Of a DNA stretch of 64,000 nt, positions 13,491 through 27,630 are shown piece by piece. Each line of letters begins with the position of its first letter. Within the stretch, counting starts at the first letter, position 1. The position numbers and the translations under genes were made by a program. The notes under the pieces were generated by a model. The model was not told where the DNA came from. It did not search any database and saw nothing but the letters and a program-made list of their open reading frames with translations. Source of the DNA: Prorocentrum cordatum (taxonomy: Eukaryota); contig CAUYUJ010000235.1 in assembly GCA_963575745.1 (NCBI GenBank), positions 1 through 64,000 of the forward strand, read 5' to 3'.

Positions 13491-15030
13491 CCGCTTTACT
13501 ATGGAAAATTCCCCCCCCTCCTCCTCTGTAACCCGAGGGTTCCCCCCCCCCTCCGAACATCCCCCCCCTGCTGGAACCCCCCGCCCCCCCCCCTCACCCC
13601 CGGCCCCCCCCCCTTCGTACCCCCCCCCCTCCGGAAAACCAGGGGGGGTCACTACCGGTTCGAACCCCCCCCCCCCTCTTGGAAATCCGGGGGGGTACCT
13701 TACCGTTCGAACCTCCCCCCCCTCCGGAAAACCAGGGGGGGGTCACTATTGGTTCGAACCCCCCCCCAAAAAAAACCCTCCCCCCCCCCCTCCGGGGGGG
13801 GGGTCACTACCGGTTCGAACCCCCCCCTCCAGAAAACCGGGGGGTCCGAACCCCTCCCCCCCCACGCTCACCGCCGGCAAACGACTCCCTCCTCGCTACC
13901 ACCGTCCGCACCACATCCCCAACCTGCTGTCCCCAGCACCACTGTCCTCACCACCACTGTCCCCACTGTTCCCACCACCGTCCCCACTGTCCCCACCAGT
14001 GCCCCCACCACTGTCGCACTGTCCCCACTGCCCCACCACTGTTCCCACCACGGTTCCACTCTCCCCACTTTCCCCACGGCCCCAACCACTGTCCCACTGT
14101 CCCCACTATCCCACTGTCCCACTGTCCCCGCCGCTGTCCCACTGAGCTGTCCCACTGGTCCCCACCACTGTCCCCACTGTACCTCTGTCCCATTGTCCCA
14201 CCGCCGTCCTCGCCACCGCCCTCACCACTGTCCCCACCACCACTGTCCCCACCACTGTCCCACTGTCCCCACCACATTCCCACTGTCCCCACACCACTGT
14301 CCCCACCACCACCGTCCCCACCACTGTCCCACAGTCCCCACCACTGTCCCACTGTCCCCACTGTTCCCACCATTGTCCCCGCTGTCCCCACCAGTGCCCC
14401 CACCAGTGTCTCGCTGTCCCCACTCTCTCCACCATTGTCCCACTCTCCCCAATTTCCCCACGGTCCCCACCACTGTCCCAGTGTCCCCACTGTCCGCACC
14501 ACTGTCCCACTGCCCCCGCCGCTGTCCCACTGTGCTGTCCCACCGTCCCCACTTTCCCCACCACTGTCCCACTGTCCCCGCTGTCCCCACCACTCTCCCC
14601 ACTGTACTACTGTCCCACCACTGTCCTCACCACCGCCTTCACCACTGTCCTCACCACTACCGTCCCCACCACTGTCCCACTGTCCCCTCCACCACCATCC
14701 CCACCACTGTCCGCACCACTGTCCCACTGTCCCCGCACCACTGTCCCCACCACCACCGTTCCCACCACTGTCCCAGTATCCCCACCACCGTCCAACTGTC
14801 CGAATCGTTTGCCGGCGGCGAGGGGGGGGGGTCGAACCGGTAGTAACCCCCCCCGGTTTTCGAGGGGGGGGGGAGGGGGCTCGAACCGGTAGTAAACCCC
14901 CTCCCTTTACATGATGGATTGGGGGGGGAGGGAATCAAACTGGTAGTGACCCCCCCCCTGGTTTTCGAGGAAGGGTGGGGGGACGGGTGGGGAACCCCCA
15001 GTGACCCCCCCCGGTTTTCCGCCAGCAGCG
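13491..15030. mobile_element. Foldback-like element enclosing a CCCCACTGT minisatellite
   Basis: Left arm of repeated ggaaaacc-Gn-tcactaccggttcgaa-Cn units (13630-13860) is mirrored at 14820-15020. Inner IR ccgccggcaaacga (~13871) / tcgtttgccggcgg (14805). Minisatellite at ~13925-14800. Confidence 0.75.
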
Positions 15031-15110
15031 GTAGAACACGCTCTCCCACGTATCAGTATACAGATGTGTGTATGCGTACGATGTTGTACATTTTATGCTA
15101 TACACATACA

Positions 15111-16055
15111 TATTCCTCTTCTTATATTTTTACAAGCCCGGGCGGGGGGAAAACCCGTCCCCCCCCCAAAAAAAGCCAGACTCCCGGGATCTGGGGCTTT
15201 GGGACCCTTCGGACGGGCCTCGAAGCGGCCTCCCAGGGCTCGCAGGGCGTTTTGCCAAGCCTTCGCAGCACACCTAGGGCGATCAGGGGGGTCATCGGAG
15301 ACGTCCCAGAGAACCCCAAGACAGCACAAGAGCGCTTCAAGAAGCCGTCATACCCCGTAAGATCGCTCCAAAACGTACCAAGAGGCCTCCAAGAGAACCC
15401 CCAAGAGGGCCCCAAGAGGGAATAATCATAGATTTAATGTAGGTTTTTGGTGAATTTCGGGTTCTCCTCTTTTCGTCTTCCGACGCTCCAAGACAGCGGT
15501 CCTCTGGGCGTCCGAAGTCGCCTGGGAGGCTCCAAAATCTCCCCGCAACCATCCGAAAGGGCTTCCAGGCAGTCCAAGAGAGCCCCAGAACGGCACAACA
15601 GGGGTCCAAAATGGCCCTAAGAGAGCCCCATCGCGGCCCAAGATGGCCCCAAGTCACCCTCCGAAGCATTCCAAATCGTGACCGGGGCGATCAGGGAGAC
15701 TGCGGTTAGAGGCAGGTTGGCTTTAGGAAGCCCCAGAGGCCCCCAGAACACGCCCAGGAGGCCTCCAGAAGGCTTTAAGAAAGCGTGAGAACTTTGGTGA
15801 GGCCTCCAGAGGCTCTCCAAGGAGGAGCCTCCGCAAAAAGAGCTGAGGAGGATGGGGAGAATACCCAGGGTATGGCGAGAATGAGGAAAAATAAGCCTGG
15901 AGGAGGGATAACGAACAACATTATTATAACGGCGATGCCAGAAAAGGCAGCAAGGAGTTATCGCAAATTTGTCCGCCTGACCTTCCTGCTATTTCCGCCT
16001 GCATACCAATCTTAGAGGACCAAGGTGCATGGCGCGAAGCACCACTGCAGTCTTG
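15111..16055 (+). mobile_element. Interspersed repeat R1, copy 1 (~950 bp)
   Basis: Starts tattcctctt...tacaagcccggg and ends ggcgcgaagcaccactgcagtcttg, embedded in TA/TATG microsatellite. Copies at 56988-57956 (+) and 47293-48073 (-). Confidence 0.85.
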
Positions 16056-16067
16056 TGTATAAATATG

Positions 16068-16430
16068 TGTGTATGTATGTATGTATGTATGTATGTATGT
16101 ATGTATGTATGTATGTATGTATGGATGGATGGATGGATGGATGGATGGATGGATGGATGGATGGATGGATGGATGGATGGATGGATGTCTGTGTGTATGT
16201 ATGTATGTATGTATGTATGTATGTATGTATGTATGTATGTATGTATGTATGTATGTATGTATGTATGTATGTGTGTGTGTATGTATGTATGTATGTATGT
16301 ATGTATGTATGTATGTACGTATGTATGTATGTATGTATGTATGAATGAATGAATGAATGTATGTATGTATGTATGTATGTATGTATGTATGTATGTATGT
16401 ATGTATGTGTATATGTATATGTATATGTAC

Positions 16431-16479
<49 letters not shown>

Positions 16480-16495
16480 CATACATATATATATA
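16068..16495. repeat. (TATG)n/(GATG)n microsatellite
   Basis: Directly visible. Confidence 0.97.
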
Positions 16496-16663
16496 GAGAG
16501 AGAGAGATATCGGAGTAGGGCCCGGCCGGTGCCGCCATCCTCCATGGGCGCCCCCCGGGACCTTTGGGGGGTCACAGACCCCCCGGGACTGCCCCAGGCC
16601 GCTTCCAAATCGCCCGCGACAGGCCACGCGGGCCGTACAGATGATCAAAAGAGCGCCCCAAGA

Positions 16664-18600
16664 GGGCCCGAGATGGCTTGAAGAAGGCCGACGAGGGCTT
16701 CAAGAGGGCCTTCCAGAGGCAAAAATAGATTCATTCCTTTTGTAGAACGTACGTCTTTAGCATACTCGCTTGCTTCGTCTTCACGGTGCCCCAGACGCCC
16801 CCGAGAGTCCCAACACAGCCCAAGAGAGACTTGAGAGGGCTCAAGACGGCCCAAAAGGGTCGTCCTGTGGGGCTCACGGAGCACCCCGAGACGGCCCAAG
16901 AGGCCCCAAAGCCAGCCCAGGAGGCCCCCAAGATGGCCTCAGGGAGGCCCAAGAGGGCCTCGTTCGACATCATGTTCCCCGAAGCCTCACTGCGAACATG
17001 ACTTCCGGGCTCCCAGGACGCCCAAGAGGCCCACAAGACAGCCTCAGCGAGGCCCCAGAGGGCCCGAGATGGCTTGAAGATGGCCCAAGAGGGCCCCAAG
17101 AGGGCCTTCAAGAGGCAAAAAAAATCCAATTCCCATCATAAAACGTACATTTTCAGCATTATCGCTTGCTTCGTCTTCGCAGCGCCCCAGACGCCCCCGA
17201 GGAGCCCCAACACAGCCCAAGAGAGACCCAAGAGAGCCCCAGACGGCCCGAACGGGTCGTCCTGTGGGGCTCACGGAACCCCCTGAGACGGCCCAAGAGG
17301 CCCCGAAGCCGGCCCAGGAGGCCCCCAAGACGGCCTCAGGGAGGCCCAACAGGGCCTCGTTCGACATCATGTTCCCCGAAGCCTCACTGCGAACATGACT
17401 TCCGGGCTCCCAGGACGCCCAAGAGGCCCACAAGACAGCCTCAGCGAGGCCCCAGAGGGCCTGAGATGGCTTGAAGATGGCCGAAGAGGGCCCCAAGAGG
17501 GCCTTCAAGAGGCAAAAAAAATCTCATTCCCATCATAAGCATTATCGCTTGCTTCGTCTTCGCAGCACCCCAGACGCCCCCGAGGAGCCCCAACACAGCC
17601 CAAGAGAGACCCAAGAGAGCCCCAGGCGGCCCGAACGGGTCGTCCTGTGGGGCTCACGGAACCCCCTGAGACGGCCCAAGAGGCCCCGAAGCCGGCCCAG
17701 GAGGCCCCCAAGACGGCCTCAGGAGGGCCCAAGAGGGCCTCGTTCGACGTCATGTTCCCCGAAGCCCCTCCGGGAACATGATTTCTGGGTTCCCAGGGCG
17801 CCCAAGAGGCCCACAAGACGGCCTCAGCGAGGCCCCAGAGGGCCCGAGATGGCTTGAAGATGGCCCAAGAGGGCCCCAAGAGGGCCTTCATGAGTCACAA
17901 ATTTGCCCATTCCACTCTGATAAAACGCACGTTTGCAGCATACTCGCTTGCTTCGTCTTCGCAGTGCCCCAGACGCCCCCGAGGAGCCCCAACGCAGCCC
18001 AAGAGAGACCCAAGAGGGCCCCAGACGGCCCGAAAGGGTCGTCCTGTGGGGCTCACGGAACCCCCCAAGACGGCCCAAGAGGCCCCGAAGCCGGCCCAGG
18101 AGGCCCCCAAGACGGCCTCAGGGAGGCCCAACAGGGCCTCGTTCGACATCATGTTCCCCGAAGCCTCTCTGGGAACATGATTTCTGGGCTCCCAGGACGC
18201 CCAAGAGGCCCACAAGACAGCCTTAGCGAGGCCCCAGAGGGCCCGAGATGGCTTGAAGATGGCCCAAGAGGGCCCCAAGAGGGCCTTCAAGATGCAAAAG
18301 TCGGCCCATTCCCATCATAAAACGTACATGTTCAGCATACTCGCTTGCTTTGTCTTCGCAGTGCCCCAGACGCCCCCGAGGAGCCCCAAGACAGCCCAAG
18401 AGAGGCCGAAGAGGGCACAAGTCGGCCCACAAGGGTCGTCCTGTGGGGTACACGGAACCCCCCAAAACGGCCCAAGAGGCCCCAAAGCCGGCCCAGCAGG
18501 CCCCCAAGACGGCCTCAGGGAGGCCCAACAGGACCTCGTTCGAAAACATGTTCCCGGAAGCCTCTCCGGGAGCATGATTTCCGGGTTCCCAGGGCGCCTA
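16664..18600 (+). repeat. Tandem array of five ~385-400 bp units
   Basis: gggcc(c/t)gagatggcttgaaga recurs at ~16664, 17060, 17457, 17840 and 18239. Confidence 0.9.
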
Positions 18601-19379
18601 AAGACAGCCCCCAGAGGCCTTGGACACGCCGAAGATGGCCTCAGGACGGCTGACGACGCCGCCAAAACCCCCCAAGAGCGCCTCCAGAGGCCCCTCCAAA
18701 GGGCCCCAGCAGCCGAAAATCACAAAGTTTCCAATGATTTTTGAAGCGTTTTTGCGCTCTCCCATGTTCCGCCTCCCCACGGTCCCGGACCGCGTCAGAG
18801 GCCCTTTAGATCGCTCCAAGACGGCCCAAGAGGCTCCCAAGAAAGCCCAGAGACGGCCCAGGAGAATCCCCAGGTACGTCCAGAGGGCCTCGAGAGCGCC
18901 CCAAGAGAGCCCCAAGAGCGACCCAAGAGGGCCCGAAGAGCGCGTCATTGCAAGGTCTCCGACCTGAGAGGCTCCTATAGGGCGCCCCCGGAGGCCATCA
19001 AGAGACTCCCACGAAGCCCCGTGAGGCTCCCAAGAGGCCCCCTGGAAGCCCCAATGGGCCCCCAAGGGACCCTCAGGGAAGCCCCTTGCGGGCCCCCAAG
19101 ACACCTCGGTCAACCATACCTCCCAGACAGCTTTCCCGGAACATGATTCCTTGGGCTTCCGCCCACCGCCCCAGCCATGTTTCCAATAGGCTTGCCGACA
19201 AGGCCGAAAGGCGCCCCTCGGTAAGCCCCCTCTTAAGAGAGCCGAAAAAATCATGCTCCCAGAAAGCTTCCCGGGAACATGATTCTCTATCTCGGAGTAG
19301 GCCCGGGGGGGGGGGAGGGCGGGCCGCTGCCTGTTCCCCCCATCGGTGCCCACTGGGGGTTGTGGGGGGGGTCCAGAGC

Positions 19380-20270
19380 TCCCGAGAGGGCCCAAGACGG
19401 TCCCAAGAGGCCCCGAAGACGCCCAAGATGCCCTCAAGACAGCCGACGAGGACTCCAATACGCTCCAGGACGGATTCAAGAGGCTCCCCAAGAGGGCCCT
19501 GGAAGGCAATATTAACTCATTTTCCGAGTGTTTTGCATTTTGGCGTTCTCGCTTTTCGCGCTTTCCAGCGCTCTCTCACGGCCTCGGAGGCCCTTCAGAT
19601 CGCTCCAAGAAGGCCCACGAGGCCCCGACGAGGGCCCCAAGACGGCCCAGGAGGCTCCCCAGACAACCCAAGTGTGCCCCAAGAGCGCGCCAAGAGAAGG
19701 CCCAGAGGGGCCCCGAGGCGGCCCGGGCCCGCCCCGAAGCAGGCCACGACAGGCAAATGGAGGTCCCGAGAGGGCCTTAGACGGTCCCAAGAGGCCCCGA
19801 AGACGCCCAATCTGCCCTCAAGACGGCCGACGAGGACTCCAACACGCTCCAGGACGGACTCTAGAGGCTCCCCAAGAGGGCCCTGGGAGGCAGGATTCGC
19901 TCGTTTTCCGATTGTTTTTGCATTTTGGCGTTCTCGCTTTTCGCGCTTCCCAGCGCTCTCTCACGGCCTCGGAGGCCCTTCAGATCGCTCCAAGAAGGCC
20001 CACGAGGCCCCGACAAGGGCCCCAAGACGGCCCAGGAGGCTCCCCAGACAACCCAAGTGTGCCCCAAGAGCGCGCCAAGAGAAGGCCCAGAGGGGCCCCG
20101 AGGCGGCCCGGGCCCGCCCCGAAGCAGGCCACGACAGGCAAATGGAGGTCCCGAGAGGGCCTTAGACGGTCCCAAGAGGCCCCGAAGACGCCCAAGCTGC
20201 CCTCAAGACGAGGACTCCAACACGCTCCAGGACAGACTCAAGAGGCTCCCCAAGAGGGCCCTGGGAGGCA
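19380..20270 (+). repeat. Tandem duplication, ~385 bp unit (~2.3 copies)
   Basis: 19530-19890 and 19915-20270 are nearly identical. Confidence 0.85.
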
Positions 20271-20956
20271 AGATTCACTAATTTTCCAATGGTTTTTGAA
20301 GGATTTAGGCGTTCTCGCTTTCCCCGCTTCCGATCGCTCCAAGACGGGCCACGAAGCCCCGAAGAGGGCCCCAAGACGGCCCAAGAGGCTCCCCAAACAA
20401 CCCAACTGTGCCCCAAGAGCTCCCCAAGAGGGGGCCCAGAAGGGGACCGCCAACCGATATTTCGATGTCTCTGGCCCTAGAGGCCGCCTGTAGGCCCCCG
20501 GAAGCCACCAAGAGGCTCCCACGAAGCCCCGTGAGGCGCCCAAGAGGCCCCCAGGAAGCCCCAAGAGCCCCCCAACGGACTCCCAGGGAACGCCCAAGAG
20601 GCCCCCCAACACACCCCAAGAAATCATGTCCCCAGAAAACCTTCCGGGGACATGGTTCATCATGGGCCCGAGAGTTCCCGGAGGCCCCCAAGGGGCCCCC
20701 AGGGAACGCCCAAGAGACCCCCCAACACACCCCAACAAACCATGTCCCCAGAAAGCCTTCCGGGGACATGGTTCATCATGGACCCGCGAGTCTCCAGAGG
20801 CTTCGAAGTACCATCATGCTACAGGAGAGCTGTCTGGGAAGTTGATTGGGAACACGACTGATCGCCTTCTCGCGGCCCTCCGCAGATCGTTTCGCACAAA
20901 GTTGCCCAAAGTGCCCTCTTGAACCGACGACGACAACGACGAATCGGCGAAAACGA

Positions 20957-20991
<35 letters not shown>

Positions 20992-22202
20992 CGCCCCAAT
21001 AGGCGACGACGACATTACGACGATGACGACGACGACAACGACGACGACGGTACGCCCCAACTCCCCAAGACGCCCCCCAAACCCATGCTCCCAGAAGGCC
21101 TTCTGGGAACCCGATTCGTCCGGCCTCCGCCCCCCTACACAATCATTTTCCCCGAAAGCCTTTCGGAATGCAGATTGCCATGCGTGGACTGTGGTCCGCT
21201 ACTTCAGTGGAGCAGTGAATTCGTCAAGGCCTGGGGCCTGCTAGAACTTGAGCGCGCACGAAGCGCGCGCGATGGTTCTAATATATATATATATAATTAT
21301 GTACCTGGATATATAAATATACACATACATATACATATGAAAACCTATGTATATCGTGCGCCGGTGTCTGATCGATTCCTTCCTGCTGATCGATCTAAAC
21401 ACACTTACCCACGTATATACATAGATCGACGTCGCCAAATTAGTTGCATTTTGACTTTCAAGTCGGTGTGAATTTCGATGTGCACTTGGAACTACACGTC
21501 CATGTGCGCTTCGAGTTGCATGTCAATCTGCATGTGCATTCGCAGTTCCCACTGGACAGCCACAGGGCCACCGCGAGACAACTTGGTTTACCGCGCGGCG
21601 CCAGAGAGACCTGTTGCTCTGTCCGGCCCCGTCTGGGCAAGGGCATCGCCTCTTGCCCGCCTACAGATTCGCCCCGCACACGCTACACCAACGGAACCCT
21701 AGAACCCGGAACCGATTTCCCTGTTGGGGGCATTCCCAGCTGACCCCAAACATCCGATCCATTGATGCCGCTATTTGTCTACCAATCGATCTGACCAGAC
21801 ATATATATATATATGTAGATACATGCACTGTATACATACACTCAGCTACATACACAGCTAGATGTACAGCTGTATACAGGTACACTTGTATCGATCTCTC
21901 GAACGACATCTGCAAACTGTATGTCTATCAGGGTGTACGCGTGGCGCTCCCATTATATGTCTACATATCGCCCGGTATAACTTTACGACACACTTGTCCG
22001 TGCATACACATGCACACATTAATGCATACAAGTATATGTAGACGTACATGTTCCCAAGTGCCGATCAATATGCCGATCTCTCCACCAACACATTTATATA
22101 TGAAAACGAAGTTGCCAAAGTAATTACCCAGCGAAATATTGTTACATGTTCACGCGTATGTGTGTATGTACGTCTATGTATGTATACATACATCTATATG
22201 TA

Positions 22203-23192
22203 TATTCCTTTTCCCTATCAAATGATGAGGGGCCCCCCCCCGGATGGGCGTCACCTAATTCGCCACCCCCCCGGACGGGCTCAAGAGAACCCCGAGAATG
22301 CTTGAAATTACCGCCAAGCTGGTCCGACGGGCCCCAGAAGCCTTCCAAGACGCCCACAGATCGCTCTAAGATGCCCCAGTTGGTCACAAAACGGCCCAAG
22401 AGGCCTCCAAGACGCCCCACACGGCCCCAAGACGGCCCAAGACGGCCCAAGACGGTGCAAGAGACTCCCAAGACGGCCCCAGAGACCCTCAAGACGGCTC
22501 CAAGAAAGGCTCCACGACAGGATCCGACCCGACATTTCGGCCCCTCGGCTCCAGGATACCCCCCAGAAGGCTCGAACACAGCCCCAGGAGGCCCCCAAGA
22601 GGCCCTAACAGGCCCCCAGGACGTCCGCGAGAAGCCATCCCACGACCCACGACAGCCCCTCGATGCCGCCGTGCCCGGAGGGCGCCAGACGCCCCCCATC
22701 CGGGCCCGAAAAAGAACAAGCAACCGTCGACGTGAACCAAAAATTGGTGCGGCCCGTCGGGTGCTCCGCGCCCCAGGACATGCTCTTTCCTAACGAAAAC
22801 CCACACCCACGACAGCCCCTCGATGCCGCCGTGCCCGGAGGGCGCCAGACGCCCCCCATCCCGGGCCCGAAAAAGAACAAGCAACCGTCGACGTGAACCA
22901 AAAATTGGTGCGGCCCGTCGGGTGGTTCCCCGGGCACGAAAAAGAAAAACCAACCGTCGACGTGAACCAAAAATTGGTGCCGCACGTCGGGTGGTTCCGC
23001 GCCCCGGGACATGCTCATTCCTTAGGAAAACCCACACCCACGACAGCCCCTCGACGCCAGCGTGCCCAGAGGGCGCCAGACGCCCCCCATCCCGAGCACG
23101 AAAAAGAACAAGCAACCGTCAGCGTGAACCAAAAATTGGTGCGGCCCGTCGGGTGGCTCTGCGTCCGCGCACATGCTCATTCCTTACGAAAA

Positions 23193-23239
<47 letters not shown>

Positions 23240-23598
23240 GCACGCACGCACGAACGCACGCACACGACGGCCCCTCGGCGCCAGCGTGCCCGCAGAGCGC
23301 CAGACGCTCCCATCCGGGGCCCCGAAGAAAAAAAACAGCCGTCGACGTGCTCCACAAATTGGTTCGGCCCGTCGGGTGGTTCTTCACTTCGAAACATGTT
23401 CACTCCTTACGAAAACACACACCCACGCAGCCCTGAGCCGTCGAGCTCGCGACAAACATCACGTTTACACCCATATGGCAATGAAAGTTCACGAGCTCGC
23501 CACATTCTGTGACCACATAGCGCGGCGAGATCCCAGAATCGCGCTCCTGCGCCAAGGATGAGGATGAGGGCGAAGCGAAGCGAGCCAACAATATCTTG
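22203..23598 (+). mobile_element. Interspersed repeat with R1-like termini and internal ~160-230 bp tandem units
   Basis: Starts tattcctttt and ends gcgaagcgaagc...atcttg before (TA)n. The internal unit acgacagcccctcga...aaccgtcgacgtgaaccaaaaattggtgcggcccgtcggg recurs at ~22649, 22809, 23040 and 23265. Confidence 0.65.
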
Positions 23599-23852
23599 TG
23601 TATATATCTATATATATATATATATATACATATATATATACACATGTATGTAGGTGTATATATATATATATATATATATAATTCCCCAAACAGGTGCTTG
23701 CACCTAGGGGGATTTACTTGGTCTAGCCGGCTTTTCGCCCCCGAGCCGCCCCGTGCCGCCCCCGTGCCGCCCCGTGCCGCCCCCGTGCCTCTCCGTGCCG
23801 CCCCCGTGCCGCCCCGTGCCGCCCGTCCCGCCCGTGCCGTTGGCCATGGCCG

Positions 23853-24548
<696 letters not shown>

Positions 24549-25591
24549 CGAAACCAATTGCCCTAGCCAGCTCAACCTGCCAACCCGTCCAACCAGCCAG
24601 CCAGCCCACCCAGCCACCCCGCCACCTAGCCAACCCGTCAGCCAACCAGCCCAGCCGCCCACCCCGTCATCCCGCCAACCAGCCGATCCCCTCCGCCTGC
24701 TCTCCGTGCCCAACCAGCCACCCTGCCAACCCGCTCTCCCCCGCCGCCTGCCCTCCGTCACCGCCGAGAGGTGGGGGGAAGTGTTTCTTACCAGCGAAAA
24801 CCAAAAAACTAGCCCTCCCGGGGACCGGCGGGACAGCGGGGAGGGGGCAAATCGCACCGTTATTTGCAGGACCGGGCGGGGGGGGGGCGCCCAGCACGGT
24901 TTTGGGCCTCAGGTGTGTAATTATCATAATTTTTCAACGTCCACCGCGCCCTCTTTCTCAACGGAAGGCTCCCATCCTTGAAACTGTCGCCAATTTTGAA
25001 GTCCCGCGCGTGGTTTCTTAGAGAGCCGCCAAGAGGCCCCAGGAGGTCTCAGGAGGCATCAGGAAGCTCGAGGAACTTTCAGGACGTCCCCGGAGGCCGT
25101 GGGAATCTTATAAGGAGGCTCCAGGACGCCCCAGGAGGTCCCAGGATGCCCGCGAGGTCCCACAAGGCCCCAGGAGGTCCCATCACGCTCCGGGCGTATC
25201 CTGAGCGACCCAAAAGTTCCAGAACGCTGCGGACGCCCCTGGAGGGCTGAGGATACCCTAGGAGAGCCCAGGAGGTTTCAAGAGGCCGCAGGAAGTCCCC
25301 AGAGGTTGCTATCCCAGGAGGCCCCCGGGATTACCAGGAGGCTCCATGAGGTCCCATGGTCCATCACGCCCGAGGTGGGGAGGGAGAGGCGGAGGAGGAA
25401 GAGGACGAGGAGGAGGAGGAGGAGGAGGAGGAGGAGGACAAGGAAAAGGAGAAGGAGGACGAGGAGAAGGATGAGGAGGAGGACGAGCATGATGAGGAAA
25501 GGATGAGCAGGGTGACAGCGTGACGCCCCAGCAAATACACTTGGTCCAATTGGTTTCTACCCCCTGTGAGGGGCGCTGCATGGGAGTAGTG

Positions 25592-25628
<37 letters not shown>

Positions 25629-25739
25629 CAGCAGTAGTAGTAATAGTAGTAGTCGCAGTAGTAGTTGTCGTAGTAGTAGTAATAGTAGTAGCATTCGTAG
25701 TAGTATTACTAGTAGTTGTAGTAGTAGAAGCAGTAGTAA

Positions 25740-25813
<74 letters not shown>

Positions 25814-25814
25814 C

Positions 25815-25929
<115 letters not shown>

Positions 25930-25994
25930 TGTTGTTGTTGTTGTTGAATTAGATACGATTGTTATTCGTGCGAATGCCAGATATAGAAGACTCC

Positions 25995-27355
25995 CCGGGA
26001 ACCGATGCAAATCACTTAGGATTCTGACCCAATGTCCACCCGACCGATGAGTTCATACTATCCCAGCCAGGCAGGTATCGCCCCCCCGCCATCCTCTGCA
26101 ACAAAATAATACGCGCACGCATTCGATAATCAAAAATTATGAGTTTTCAGACATACCTGGCAAAAAGTGGACGAAGTGCACACGCGCGCGTCGTCGCGCT
26201 CGCATGCCGAAAATCCTTTAAAAAAACCATAAGTTCCGGAATGATGTCAAAATCGGGTGTGGAAAAAACACTACTAAAACATAGGGTCTTCGCAACACGG
26301 ATGTTCAACAAAAGCGTGCGCGGTCTTGCGAATTTTGAAGGCAACTATAGGTTTGTTTCAATATCTTCGGAACATACTTCCAAACGGGCTTCGCGCGCGC
26401 ACGTCGAAATCGTTCGAACGCCCTTTGCGCGCGTGCCGTCGCGAGAATCTTTTGCAACAAACTTGACGAAGTGCACGCGCGCGCGTCGTCGCGCGCGCGT
26501 GCCGAACTCCTCCAAACACCCTTGATGTCGGAAGAAGTTCAAAATCGAGTGTCCGAACAACATACAAAAACATATGGTTTCGCAGCACGAATGTTCAACA
26601 AAAGCGCGCGCGCGCGCGTTCTTGCGGGTTCTTACGACAGCCACAAGCTGTCCAATATGTTCATTTCGTGCTACCAAACATGCTTCGCGCGCGCATATGC
26701 CGAAATCGTTCGAATGCCTTTGCGCGCGTGCTGGGGTGGCACGGCCCATGCTACATGATGCCATGCGAGCCACTCTCGCGCGTTTGCCGCGCGCATTCGA
26801 ATGTCTTGCAAATCCTTCATCGCCGACACGAAGACGCCGTCATCGGCGCTGGCGTGATCGGCATCGGCGCCGTCACTGGCCGTGCCGTCGTCGTTGTCAG
26901 CATCGTCACCAACATCGCTACTATCATCATCGTGTCTACAAGTGTCGACGTTGCCATGATGCCGCACCCGCCCAAGTCGCCGACTCGCACTCAAGTGCCC
27001 GCCTGGATGTGCCGAGCGGTCAGCGCCACCGCGGCCGCGTCGGTCGCGCCAAACTACCCGGCCGCTGCGCGCGCGCGCAAGCGCGGGCTGGCGCGGCCGC
27101 AGAGGCGCCAGCCAGCGCCGAGCACATATCGCAATCGCCTCCGCACGAGGTTTGCAGACCAAGTTGCGGGTGGGTGGGTGGGACGTTTGTGCGAACAGTG
27201 GAGTGGGCCACTCACTGCGAACAGAAATTAAGAGAACCACATAGACCGCATCGCACAAATTTCCTCACACCCGTTGCATCGCATACATTGCACCAAATGG
27301 GTCGCACCTCAAACAGAACAAGAAACCGTATTGTTGGGGCCCACACCGGCTAACA
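25995..27355 (+). mobile_element. Interspersed repeat R2, copy 1
   Basis: Reverse-complement homology to 39418-41010 and 41750-43110. Ends ggggcccacaccggctaaca before a TA-rich tract. Confidence 0.8.
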
Positions 27356-27426
27356 TATGTGTAAATATACACATATACACATATACGCATATACATATAT
27401 ACATGTATACATATATGTGTATGAAT

Positions 27427-27630
27427 TGTGGTTCGGTTTGCCTATGGGGCCAGCGCGTAGTTCAGGAGATCCAGTGAAATCTAAGGAATTTCGGATTCCA
27501 TCTGCAACGGAGTTCAGGATGAGAGAGAGACTTTCGATAGTTCGGGGGCCCGCCCGTAGCCCATCGTGCTCAAAAAAGACAGAAATTGCAGCGGAGCTGG
27601 ATTAGATCCAGCCCCCAGCGCCGCACGCGA
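27427..27630 (+). repeat. 5' LTR of the copia element
   Basis: ctatggggccagcgcgtagttcaggaga...aacggagttcaggatgagaga...cgcccgtagcccatcgtg aligns colinearly with 34218-34345, with many substitutions. End uncertain (~27590-27630). Confidence 0.8.

Noticed and set aside
16645..20800. Many overlapping Pro/Arg/Gly-rich ORFs
   Set aside because: Stop-poor GGCCCCAAGA tandem repeats open in several frames on both strands; no domain motifs.
22646..23400. Regularly recurring ~40 bp motif resembling a CRISPR array
   Set aside because: The intervening sequences are themselves homologous, so they are not unique spacers; there are no cas genes and the context is eukaryotic.
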